A program made the translations under genes and the position numbers. 64,000 nucleotides of DNA from Tubiluchus corallicola (Eukaryota > Animalia > Priapulida). This document shows, one piece after another, positions 51,732-64,000 of the stretch (positions within the stretch are counted from its first letter, which is position 1; the number at the start of each line of letters is the position of its first letter). A model generated the notes under the pieces. It was given only the letters and a program-made list of their open reading frames with translations, ran no database searches and had not been told where the DNA came from. The stretch lies in contig JAQGDQ010000329.1 in the NCBI GenBank assembly GCA_030141605.1, forward strand, positions 62,001 through 126,000. Reading direction: 5' to 3'.

Positions 51732-54700
51732 CTTACAATGTTTTAACGACAGGTGCTTTAATGACATTCTGTTAGGCATATATCGTCATTATGCATATAT
51801 GTAGCAAAAGAAATAAACAGATCCAAAATGGAAGACAAAACTGCACAGGAGAAATTTTCCGGGCAGCTACCAACCATTCATTAACTAGAACACTACTGCT
51901 TAACTTTGTACCTAAGAATGCACTATAACTACTCATCTATACACTAATTCACCAAAACGCAAGATGTATTTAAAAATGCTCTTTCCAAGCAAGCGTCCTA
52001 TAATCACAGTTTTTCTTGAATTTCAACACACTAGTTATTATTAACCAAAGGCATAGAAACACAATGACAGCTAAAACTCCAACAAAAAGTATGTATAAAT
52101 GACGCATGGGATAAATGATGTAAAATATAGTTTCAAAACAGTGATATTTCAATGCCAGAACAAGAGTAATCATCAGATGTTACAAGCAAATCCTTCAAAA
52201 AATTAAGTTTTTTTAAAAGATCCGGCTGTAACAACTGATGACGACTCCCATTAGGATAAGATGAAATGTCGCATTTTTGAATACATATTTTACATCTCTC
52301 TTGCCATTTATAGCCTCCGACTTACGACCACAATCGGTTCCAGCAGATTACATGACTTGCACGCAAGTAGGACCTGTATGTTCAAACAGTGTGCCCCTAC
52401 TCAAAAGATGTCGTGAGTACGCGAAATAAGTATGTTAGTGTCCAAGGAAGAATTTATCAAAACACATAGCATGTTAAAATTAATTTGCTTAAAAAATAAG
52501 GAAATCTGAATTATTATTATTAGTTCTGTATAGAGAATTAAGTTGTGCTGGGATCGCAAAGTCGAACACTCGTAAGTTGCATAGGTCGTAAGTTGATGTA
52601 ATAACGACCTTTATTGTTTGTTTGTTAGTGTATATTTTCAAGTGTTGCCAAAACATGTTTGTAAGCTAAAAATTCATAACAAATACTATAAAGATGTAGC
52701 TAGAGCTACACAATATAAGATACAAACCCTGTAGGTAAATAGAAACAATCACCAGGTTCGAGAGATATCCAGTAATATGGCACATCACGAAGGCCAGGAT
52801 ATTTGAACATGTCAACTTTATCCACATCCACTGTACTATAACCACTTTCCGATCTGTAAAAGATAAAATAATTGAAACTAATTAGCAGTTATAATGCTTT
52901 TTCCATTTGAAAAATAGATACATTGCAAAATTATAGTTCAGCAAGAAAACTTTAATAAAATACAACTCTTTTAATATTAAATAACAAGAACCTATTACCC
53001 AATTACAAAGAGGTGTTTATCATAAACTAACCTTATCAACAAGAAAAATTTCCTTTCGGCCATCTACAACACAGTTGATATTGTCCACGTTGTCATAGTG
53101 AAGCACAGATGTTGTTGCTCCACTGCTGAACCAAAGTACAGCATCCTGTATCAACTTTGTAAAGCCACCACACAAAAGACACCTCAGTATTCCTACATCA
53201 CCTAGAAAAAAATTGTGATGTCTTCCATAAACTGTTGAAGCTTTAGTTAAGTACCACCAAATATATTACACAATAAGCAAGCAAATTAAAAAAATACTAG
53301 ATAAAATTGGATATAATGAGTCTTATTAGACAAAGAACCACCCTATAAAAGTTAAACAAATGCACAAATGAAGATTGAAGCAGTGACTCGCAATCATGAA
53401 AGCACTTAGACTAACAAGCTAACAATCGATAACTGAAACGAGTATGATTGATTGCAGTAAGAAACATCAAAACCCCAAAAAATCATTAACATAAAGTGAT
53501 ACCCACGGGCATCTGAAATAACTGTGCACTGTGTCATTGACTAAGTAAGCTAATCATACATGAGATCATGCACAAATAAAATGGGAACTGAGCTAATTTC
53601 AATATCTGAAGAAAGCTATTCTGCACAGAAAACAAGAATGTTCACTGACTGACTGACTTACATAGTCCCTCCTTGACACTAATGAGAAGATAGTGTCCAG
53701 CAAGTGTCAAAAATATGACCAGCAAAACGGAGTTATATAACTAAGCTAGACGATCAACTGATGTTCTGATTGCATAATTTCTGCCATAATGGAAATATTT
53801 TGTTAAGCAGCTTAATCTCATAGTGCAATATCATGTCATAAACCTATAACATAACACAGTACAACAACGAAAAGTTTTCAGTGAAAAAATTATAATGGCA
53901 AGGTGAAGCCTTAAATTAAAATAATATAACAGTTTTTTCTCAAATACAGATTTATGACATGTCATAATCGCCATCAATTTCATACTGACTGTCATCAGAC
54001 TTTATAATGTTTCAGTTCGTCATAATACATTTGTATAAAAATAGCAAAATAGTAGAGTTAAAAAGACAAATGAAACTCACAAAAGTGAATTTATTCACCT
54101 TTTTCCTCTGTGCCTGATTCTTATTTTTTGCAAACAGAAGATGATTTCTACTTCTTCTAATACAAGTCTTTTACTCTCCATTACCGACAGATCTCTGCAA
54201 CTACTATACTAAAACTGCTAGACCTGCCAAATAACACCCACATGAGCCATTTGCATAAAGTACCCTGCAAAACCTCAGGCAAATCCTGCTTTTAAGAAAA
54301 CTAATGGTTCAGCTATCAAGAGATATCAAATCAGTTAAGAACAACAAAACATGAGACAATGTACGATGAACAAGAGAATGACAGATGATGCATTAGTAGT
54401 AGCCACAATAGGTTGTATAAAGACGTTTGCTTTTTGCTAGTCTGCAGCAGATTCACAGACATTGTGGCAGTGAATTTACGGTGCATTAACAAAATTATTT
54501 AGGTGAACAAAGTTATGTGCATTAACAACATATATAGGTGATTAAACAGTGACCGGTAATAAAGTCACAGAGAAAAAAGTCACATGAAAAAAGATACAAT
54601 TTTTGCTGGAAAAGAAAGTCAGGTAACCAAACAAAAATATTCAAGTCAGTCACAAATTATGTAAGTACTATAAACAATTCAACTAATAAAACAGAAAATA

Positions 54701-56281
54701 TTTTAAATCAGTTATTAGCTGGCAATACATGATTTGTACATACTTGACAACACTATTTACATCTGACGGCATTATACATATGTGAAAAAAATCACGTTTT
54801 TTCAATATCTTAGGGTCAGTGTTAGTGTTAGGATTATTTCTTTTTTCCACGTAGCATTATTACCTGGATTCAATTAAACTTACTGTGTATTAGTAAAGTA
54901 CTTTTCGTTTATTGCAGTGAAAACAGTTACACTACTTCAGTTGCTGGTGTAATTTTAGCAGTTCACTTACAAATTTCATATTTATGTGAACTTCTATGCC
55001 ACTAAGGCAACCTTTAACAATTGATTATTGATCCAATATGAAAAGAAAATGTAAAGCATAATGAGCACTAACATGGGAATTTTCTTGTGAAATTCAGCAT
55101 CATAACAAACGCTACATTAGATTATTAGTTCTGAAATAAAACAAGTACAAGAATCTCCATTTAATTTGACACTCACTTGTCGACTACTATTCTCGTATTA
55201 ATTCTGGTTTTTATTCATTTATTCCTCACTCTTTTTATTTCTCTAATAACTGGTAAATGCACAAGGCTAGGGTCACAAAACTGACAGAGTACTCTCATCA
55301 CCTAGGGGAATTTATGTTTATATGTCACTTGTCACTCCCGGACCAGAGGTTACTCAGTGGTTGAGATCTTGCACATGTGCCATGTATGTATGGGAAAATT
55401 TTCCATGGAGCGAGGACGAAAAACGGAAATTGACAGTAGGGGAAAGAAGTGAGACAAGGGACGAGCAACAGTAACTTATAGCATATCAAATAAAGGTCTC
55501 GACGAGGCAAACTGAACGACAAGAGTTATGCACAGATTGGTTTATATCTGATTCACCTAAGGGCAAAAACCAAAATTGGATGTGCCAGGGATACAAATAC
55601 CCCCAATGTCGAACAAGTAACCATGTAATATATCAAATGAAAGGATTAATGAAAGGAGTTGAATAGTATAAATTACACCAACATTGGTCACAAGCGAAAG
55701 TTACAAATTCCGATTTTAATACCTTGTGGTACATCAAATGAAAGGTCTCAACAAAACAAACTGAATGGTAAGCATGAACCAAGATTGGTCCCAGGTCAAA
55801 GATAAAAAAATTTGAACTTTGAATTTCACTAAAACAAAATGCAATTCCTAGCACATTCAATAGAATCAATATAGTGACCTTCAGTACCTTAACCTAGATT
55901 AGGGGGGCGTAAAAGTGACCAGGCCCGATTTCATTGAGTCTATTAATGTCAAGCACAACAGTGCCTTATGTACACTGTTAATTATTTTGAAGAACATCTT
56001 CTATATGTTAACATGAAACAAAAGCTGCCACTTAAAAGCATCTCTAGCCACAGAAGTAGAATCTTATCACAGATTCTGACACGGTCAAGAATGTCCACTA
56101 GTTCTGACATTATTAAGCTCAATGTTAAATTATCTCTTCATCCATGACCATGCACATTCCGTAAACTGACTTTCCTTTTTATCCATGCAACTGTTCTGGA
56201 ACACTCTGCATAAACCTACAAAGTGCACTATCATAAAAGTAACGATGTTCATTATATTATGTTACAGAATATACTATAAAG

Positions 56282-57283
56282 ATGAACTGCTCTGAACTTG
56301 AGATTGCAGACTGCAATGATACAAACACATCTTTTTCACATCCTTGGAATATGAGGACCATTGCTCTAAGATGCCTTCTCTCTGGAATGGTGATACTCCT
56401 CAACAGTTTAGTTCTTATAGTATTCCTGACTGGCAGACACAGCAGTTTCAAAGATGTCAAATACTTCTTCTTGTCACTACTGGCAGCATCAGATCTCATC
56501 ACTTCATTGCTGTATATGCTGTATACAATATTCACGTACATGAAATACCCGATCTTGAGTATTAACAGTAGCAAAAACTTTTGCCTCTGGTCAAGATCAG
56601 TTATGCCATTTTCTTCTGTCATATCAGCATTTTCTTTACTGGCAGTAGCAGTAGATCAGTATATAGCTATAGTTCATCCATTTCACTATCAATACGTTTC
56701 TAAAAGAAAGGCTCTGGTAACAATGGGAGTAATAGTCATATATGCTACTGTTTTCGCCCTAATGCCACTCGTAGACATAGGAGTTACAGATGAGGAACTT
56801 ACCACATGTTTGGTTCACAAAATGTACACTTTCGGATACCAACTTATGCTGGTAACAACAATGTTTTTCCTTCCTCTCTTTATTATAATGTGTCTGTACT
56901 TAAGAATATTTATTGTAGCACACCACCAAATTCAGGCAATTGGTGCTCAAGCAAATCAAGCACTAACCACACCCTATTCTTCTTTCAAGACTGAAATGAA
57001 GGTGGCAAGAACAATATCACTTCTGATTATATCATTAATTATATTCTGGCTACCAGTCAGTCTTGCACTACCAATCAATGCATACTGTGGCTATGAGAAG
57101 TGGCCATTAAGGCGAGTGGGACCATTTATGATAGCCAACTCGCTGATTAACCCTCTTATTTACACTGTTCGTTACAGAGAATTTAGATCAGCTTGTAAAC
57201 GCATACTGTACTGCCACTCGGGGTGGCATGAGAATGAAATAAGTATGAATATCATAAATGGTCCTATTGTAAGCACCATTTGA
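56282..57283 (+). CDS. Intronless class A (rhodopsin-like) GPCR, 333 aa, orphan
   Basis: Seven hydrophobic segments; N-terminal NxS/T sites; TM1 N (LLNSLV), TM2 LAASD, TM3 AVDQY..IVHP, TM5 P/Y, TM6 FWLP, TM7 NSLINPLIY, helix 8 FR..C. Confidence 0.95.
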   Translation: MNCSELEIADCNDTNTSFSHPWNMRTIALRCLLSGMVILLNSLVLIVFLTGRHSSFKDVKYFFLSLLAASDLITSLLYMLYTIFTYMKYPILSINSSKNFCLWSRSVMPFSSVISAFSLLAVAVDQYIAIVHPFHYQYVSKRKALVTMGVIVIYATVFALMPLVDIGVTDEELTTCLVHKMYTFGYQLMLVTTMFFLPLFIIMCLYLRIFIVAHHQIQAIGAQANQALTTPYSSFKTEMKVARTISLLIISLIIFWLPVSLALPINAYCGYEKWPLRRVGPFMIANSLINPLIYTVRYREFRSACKRILYCHSGWHENEISMNIINGPIVSTI

Positions 57284-59196
57284 AAACTCCTCCCTGCTGG
57301 CTATATAGTTAAGTCCTCACTTAATAGCAGTAATGCATTTCAGCAAATGCAATGTTATGATCCTCCTTCCATAAAACACTGTAAGTGGATGGAGATCTGT
57401 TCAATTGTATTTCTTGGCAAAAATCAATAATGCCACCTGTTGCTTTCAAAATGAATATTTGTAATTTGTAATTAATAGCTCAAAACCGAACTGTACTGAA
57501 CAAAACGAAAGTAAGAAGTAACTATTTATAGCTGTGTTACAGCACTAACAACACAACTTGCATAAAGTTATGCAAGGTAATTTCATACCTAGCTACACAC
57601 ATATTAACAAAATTGAAATGCTCAAACGCTCCTCTTATGGGTTGTACAACCAGTAAAGTAAGGTTATGGCTTCCTTGCTACAATTTTGTGAACTATCTTT
57701 ACAGTTAGCAAATTTAGTGTGTGCCAGAACCTGACAGCCTGTTATGAATCACTAATACAAATATAGAAACTTTCGTTTTGGTTAGTAGCGTAACTGCCAA
57801 GAATCAAACTAATCTTTGTTTAAACAAAGGTCAAAATTCTGTGTTAAGCAAAAAAATCGGCATCATCGAAGCAAATCATTGCTAAGTGTGGAATCATTAA
57901 GCGATGATTTACTGTAATTGCAATAAGAAGCTAAACTATGTACACTATTTTACACATTGTTAGATTTTATATAACTTATTTATATGAATTACATCATATA
58001 TTCCATTGAGAATTGGCATGTTGATTATCTGACAGTGGTGTTAAATTTTGAAAATCTATATACCATAGCTTTATACAGTTAGTAAATTAAAATTGTGCAT
58101 TCGAAATAAACTTGCTAGACAGAAAAGCTTAAACGGTTAACACAGTAAAAAGCAGCAGCTTCAAACACTAAAAATTTCTCTGTTGTCTTGATGGATGTTA
58201 TTGGCAAACACTTCTAAATACTTAAAACTGCTTTGTTGAAAGGACTAACTGCCAATCAGCAGCATTGTGACAGTTCTGGTCTGGTGTGTATTTGAAACAA
58301 TTAGAAGCACACAAAATTTTCAGCTTAAATGTCATGAAGTAAACATCTAATACATGGACTGGTTAAATGTTATTCTCATTTCAGCTGATGTGATGTACAC
58401 AAATCACTTTCACGTATTTCGAAGCATACTAGGCATAGTAATTGTACCTATTAAATATCGTTGTTATGGTAAACAGTTTTAGCGAGAATGGGATAAGTGA
58501 ATAAAGCATTTAATAAATATGCTATAGGACGTAAATGCAAATTGCAAAATTGTTTGTGAAAGCACAACCTGTTGCTTATAGTTAGAATATCAAATTGTTG
58601 CTATCACTATGACAAAAATGACTTGAATTTATTTCTTTGAAAATTATGTAAAGTTTCTTATAACTGCAAAACATACTAGCAAAGAAGAGTAAAACTAACA
58701 CATACTGTAGTTTACCAAATAGCAAATAGTCAGACTGATCACTTGTTACTCAATGTCACTAAGACTACAAGTGTACTTTCAGCAATAACAAAAAAAGAGC
58801 TTTGTGTTAAAAAGCTGTCAAGTTGCTGGTGTTTTGTTTTTTGCACTAAACCCTTCATCATTGCACCAAAAACTAAATAATCTTCACTAACTTCGTCCAT
58901 AGCCTAAACGCAGACTAAATAACAAAGGAAAGAGAATATAAATTGCCAAATATGATCACATTGTTATCTTATCAAACACTTAACAACAGTATGCAAAGCA
59001 AGCATTATAACCAAAAATATCAAATGAGACAGTAGTCAAGCAGACAATATTGTGATGACCACAACATAGCCAGAAAATTGTAATGCAGCAATACTTAGTA
59101 ATGTAATACAGCAATATGCAGCTCATAATTAGAGGCATATACATTTTTGATTTATCGTTTATACCAGAATACATAATGGACGATAATTGCTATAAC

Positions 59197-60065
59197 TAGA
59201 GGCTGAAGCTGAATCAGTCAATTGTCACTACATCAGCTGACTCACACAGTAAAACGGCTAGCTCGGCTGAAGTTGACCGACTTTTCAGCTGAGTTGGCTT
59301 AAAGAAAAAAATCGGCTAAGTTGGTTAAAGCTGCGAATTTTTGTTAACTTAATAAATGATAAATAAATTGTTAGTTAACTGTTAAATTAAGGAGAATTTT
59401 TTTTAAATAATTCGTGTTGCTTATACGCAGAAAAAAAATTGATGTACAGACTCAAATAATGTATTAGACATCAATCTTTTTTTATTATAAAAAAGCAACG
59501 GATTTATTGCAAATAAAATTTAAATCCAACGCTTGGTGAAAATTATTATGATTACCGACGAATCAATGCCAAAACACCAAAATAATCCCATATGTGTGAC
59601 TAATGTTGCCGCCTATTTGTTCATTTAATTTTGAATTGACTGCTTTCTCGTTCAAAAATTTCTAAAGTTTAGTATCTCTGCCGGCTGAATCTGACAGACT
59701 GAATCTAACACACAATCTGACCACGAATCTGCAATGTGTTTGCCATATTTCAATCAGCGATTCCATCACCATCATCATAAGCCCATTACTTCAATTGTAG
59801 ACACTGGCCCAGCAGAATTCTAAAATAAAAGAAATCTGCCCTCAAGACAGGTAAACACAGCAGTAATCCAGCAAAAAACTAGACACTGCTATGCCAGTGG
59901 CTTGTTCATGAGCGCGAAAATCTTCGCAGCCAGCAAAAATCTCGGCTAGCTTGACTTACATCACTGAGTGGCTGGCGAGACTAAAGTTGGGTTTCTTATC
60001 AGCTAGGTCAACTGTAGACTTAAACTGGCTGGAACTCAGCTGAAATTGCACAGCTCTGACCTCTA
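59197..60065. mobile_element. hAT-type MITE
   Basis: Termini TAGAGG...CCTCTA; 8-bp TSD gctataac/gctataat; repeated subterminal gctga/tcagc motifs. Confidence 0.65.
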
Positions 60066-62509
60066 GCTATAATTAATTAATGATTAAGACAAAATTTGCA
60101 CAAAGGAAAGTGTCAGGAGGTGTAGGAGAAAGGGTAGCAAAGGAGCAATTGGTCAACAAGTCAGCTACCCTTCTCAGATAAATTGTTAAAAAAGTTTGCA
60201 GCGCTGATGTATAAGAGTAGTAGAAATTCAACTGTTACTGAAAAATCTATTAGGGGAACATGAAAGCGACAATGAAACAATATTGTAAAATGAAAAATAT
60301 GGAATGATTCTCAACCAAATATGTAACTAAGAACTAACTGATTAAACTATAAAACAAGGGAACAAATCAAATAAAACCAAAAGAGAAAGTAAAATATAAC
60401 TGAAGAATCAATCAAGGAAACAAAATATGCATGATAAAAAAACGAAAAATATATCAATATAACAAAACAAAAATGTGCAATGACATTCCATATATCCATG
60501 ATAACCAAATATGTCAAGTATAATAGTGAATAAACTATAGAACAAGAGAGCAATTATAAATAAACAGAAATGGAGCAAACAGAATATGCAATGAAAATTT
60601 AATAACTAAGTAAAAATTAAGATAATGTTTAACCAATTCACACATGTCCAAATTAAGAACAGCTACAGATACGAATCAAATTATTATAATTTCTATCAAA
60701 AGTAAGAAAGAAAACCTTCAGGTACGGGCTTCAACTTACTAAAATAGTATAATTCTTAAGACCACTAGTGCTAATAAAATTGTTAAGAAGATTGGCGCCC
60801 ATTGCTTTCATTTATCTTAGCCTAAGCCATAAATAGCTACGAGTGTTTCTTAAAAGAATACCTTTCATCGATGATTTGACACTTTCGACAAGATATAAAT
60901 TTTCTGACTCGTAGACGTCAACAAATTTGTCCAGTGTCATAGTAAACAGCCCACTACCTTAACTGATCATCTGACCACGAAGTAAAAGCAGGTAAATCTC
61001 TACCAGCTCCTTTGAAAATGACTGGACTGTTCCATTTCACATAGTTATCAAAGAAATATTGTGGGTGGGGGACCTGATTTAATTCATCTACATCACCAAC
61101 TGGTGATCCATGAGAACCGAGAGGTTGCAAGCGTCCACTGGGCTCCTCTTTATCCTCATTGCCAAGTTCATATGACACACTTCGTTTTAGAAGCGAAATA
61201 ATTCATAAACATTCAATGACGCAAAACAACGACACAGGCATCTTTCAAACTGTTACCAGTAGTCCATTAGCTCTGTTTCAACATCAGGCTGAGCAAAATG
61301 CCTAAACAGCAATATGAAATGGTATTAAATAATGACAAAATAATGTAAAAATAACATAGTAATCTCGATTAACTTAATCCATAACAGTATGAACTGAAGC
61401 AAAGCTAATGGTATGTACATATACATGTATATGGTGATGATTAAAAAAACAAATGACAGATGTGGTAGCAGGTTTAGCATCTAATAAATAACTAAACATA
61501 AGCGTTAAACATAAACCCAAATATAAAAACACCTCGATAACTAGGCGCACCACCATGTGCAAGCGCTAACGATAATAATGTTGCTGGCAGGCTTTTTACA
61601 TCACTGTCAAAGGGTGCTGATGAGACCACTCGTCTGACATAAAACCTAGAAATCTCCACAAAAGCCTAACAGCAAACATAATATTTGGCATGATAAAAAG
61701 GACGTTCATTAATAAATATGCAAACATTGTTATCACACTACATAAATGTAAAGTTCCTACAATAGTGGAATATGGTTTACGTCCATTTCCTAGAAAAAGT
61801 GTTCTCCAAAAAATTTCTCAAAGAAAAGCCATTTCTTTTTTTTTAACTTTTCTCAGTTTTTTTAACAGAAAAAGATCACGGTTGCATTTTTAATTGCTAA
61901 ATAGGCGATTTTAGTAGCAGAAAACTTCTATTTCTCTCCTTCCATTTGCTTCTCTTTCTTTATACATCCTTCCCTTATTAGCCCCTCTCACCTACCCCTC
62001 TCGCCCTTCCCATTTGTCTCTCCTGCCTTTCTCTCTCCTTCTCACCCTCAAACTCTATCCTGCTTTTTTTCAACTATCTCTCCCCTAATCGGAAAAAGCC
62101 GAAAAACTAGTCAAGTTTTCTATTCAAAATGTCCCACAAGGGCAAAAGAAAATCACCATTCTGTATACTAAGTGTAAAAATTTCATACGAAGTAAGTAAA
62201 GATGTCCTCCAAAAATAGAGTGAAACTAATACCTATCCACATACCTATCCCAAACTATTTTTAGTGAGGAGAGAAAAACAAGTATGTAGCACATGTGTGG
62301 AAGGATGCGTGCGCGTGTGTATTTATGTGTGCATGTGTATATATGTATATACATGTGCTGTATATATGCATATGCATGGTCTGTATGTGCGTGTACATGC
62401 GTGCATATTTATTTATACATCTAATAAGGCATACAACTTAAAATGCACCCGTAAAGTCCAAAACTTAAATGTTTAATTGACACACATCTATCACATCATT
62501 TATTAACAA

Positions 62510-62905
62510 TAGAAGCATGACTAAAAATTACGATAATGTATATACGTTATTGTTGCATAGGTTCACTATCTACTATTTATTGTATCTTTTTCCTTTAATT
62601 TTATCACTGTTTTTTGAGTTTGTTTGTTTTTGCTCATATTGTTTTTCCATATCTATTTGTAGTTTTTTATAGTAATTTTGCAGCACATATAATTATTAAT
62701 TTATTAATTTAAGAAGGGTAGCTGTCTCGATGATTCGAAGGTCTTTCGCTACCCTTTCTCTTGCAGCCACTTAATCACACATTAATAATTTTCTTCCTCT
62801 TATTTTCGTGTAAATTTTATATGATTAATCATTTTGTGCATTTTATGTAAATGTGCACTATAAGAGATTAATAAACGTGTCTATCTCTACATCTATGTCT
62901 ACGTC
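62510..62905 (+). mobile_element. 5'-truncated LINE 3' UTR insertion (related fragment on minus strand at ~60075-60230)
   Basis: Absent from the paralog at ~46280; stem agaagggtagc/gctaccctttct, aataaa and (TCTAnn)n tail. Confidence 0.55.
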
Positions 62906-64000
62906 TGGCACATTCTTTTAGGCCGAGTCCTACAAAACTTTCGTAAATCACGATGCTGTGTTTTTTTATGTTTCTCAATTTGCATATATTTTCGCACGGA
63001 GTGCAGTGTGTTATACACTAATGAGGAGTCATACATTTCTTGCTCCTGTTATTAAGCTTCCAACAAGGCAAAATACTAACAGTCATTGGGAAAGAAAATT
63101 AATGCACTGTCTAATTTTGAACGTTAAATAAAAGGTATACGCACACCACAAAAGAGCTACAGTGAGATACCTGTGAAAAATATAGCTAAAGTATCTAAAA
63201 CAGGTTCTAAATAATGCACAGTGCATTTAGCTTGGCTGACAAAACTTCCTATTTAAGAGAAGTTCTGGCTACAGGGTAAAGTCTTTAGCTTGCAGTTCTA
63301 TGACTGCGAGGCTGCATTTTATGAATCTGCAGAAAGTCTTAAGATTTAATGAATAACCGTTAGTAACACGGAGAATGATCATACTAAAAAAGTAATCAAC
63401 TAATGCATATAATTAAAAATATTTTAAAATGTGACACTAATTTAGGAACTTGTAACTACAGGCCAATACACTTCTATACACATAGCAAAATAAGCTACAG
63501 CATTTGTTTTCATAATAAGTGAGAGTATGGCATTTTACAAGCATCAGCTTGGCAAGTAATCTGCCATTGAAAGCTAAAAGCCAGGTTGCACAGTTCCACA
63601 CTATTTCTAGAGATGGTACTTTAGGGTACTTCTAAATGCTCTTTACTGCAATCCAAACATCTTTTTTACATTGATCTCATGAAATAAAAGATCAGCACAG
63701 CACAGTAATTTATGGACACACACTATGAGATAATGTAAACAGCTGATTGGCTAGAGTGTGTTTTTAGTGGACGAGCTCAAGCAACGTCGTGACTGGTCAG
63801 TGAATGGATGGGTGACCAACAAGTCTGACCTATATTTATTTTAGTTTAATTTGCAATACAGATTCTGGCTGTTTATCACTATCAGTGCACATGGACATTA
63901 ACACACAAACATAATGTCAAATATACTTATCTGTCTTATTTCGTTTACTAAAGAAATATCGCAAAATGACAACAGAGTTGAATTCATATTTCCCATTTTG

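Larger units (their letters stand above)
48551..61241 (-). pseudogene. JmjC (cupin-8-type 2OG/Fe oxygenase) gene with signal peptide, EF-hand and C-terminal HDEL; apparently disrupted
   Basis: Exons 61241-60958 (GRLQPLGSHG..FFDNYVKWNSPVIFKG..WSDDQL), 60957-60862 remnant, 53201-53032 (LWFSSGATTSVLHYD..NINCVVDGRK), 52853-52728 (VDVDKVDMFKYP..LEPGDCFYLP), 51135-50974 (WPHYVRT..VAINIWF), 48703-48551 (DSNEDGSISWQE..HDEL*). TGA at codon 13, exon1/exon2 out-of-frame fusion and phase mismatches. Confidence 0.8.

Noticed and set aside
61203-61205. In-frame TGA as selenocysteine in the JmjC gene
   Set aside because: It lies in the predicted signal peptide, no SECIS was recognised after the HDEL stop, and other lesions indicate pseudogenisation

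Overview
AT-rich, intron-containing animal (probably invertebrate) genomic DNA, not prokaryotic. Most short ORFs in the track are noise from microsatellites or antisense frames. Four host loci can be reconstructed by splice-phase matching. (1) A minus-strand secreted protein with a signal peptide, a 10-Cys prokineticin/astakine-like (colipase-fold) domain and at least 4 EGF repeats, apparently running off the window start. (2) A plus-strand CHST15/GalNAc4S-6ST-like Golgi sulfotransferase whose 3' half cannot be found after a LINE. (3) A tandemly duplicated minus-strand JmjC (cupin) hydroxylase gene with signal peptide, EF-hand and C-terminal HDEL; both visible copies look disrupted. (4) An intact intronless class A GPCR with DQY in place of DRY, nested antisense in a JmjC intron. 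Mobile DNA is abundant: a near full-length CR1/L2-group LINE with an SGNH-esterase ORF1 and a 2A-like StopGo motif; a near-intact LOA-like LINE (APE-RT-RNase H) that begins with a clear HDV-like self-cleaving ribozyme; an internally deleted THAP/P element; a solo LTR; piggyBac- and hAT-type MITEs; Helitron-like and 5S-derived fragments. Two N-gaps lie inside or at the edge of the LINEs, so the rearrangement inferences need read-level checks.
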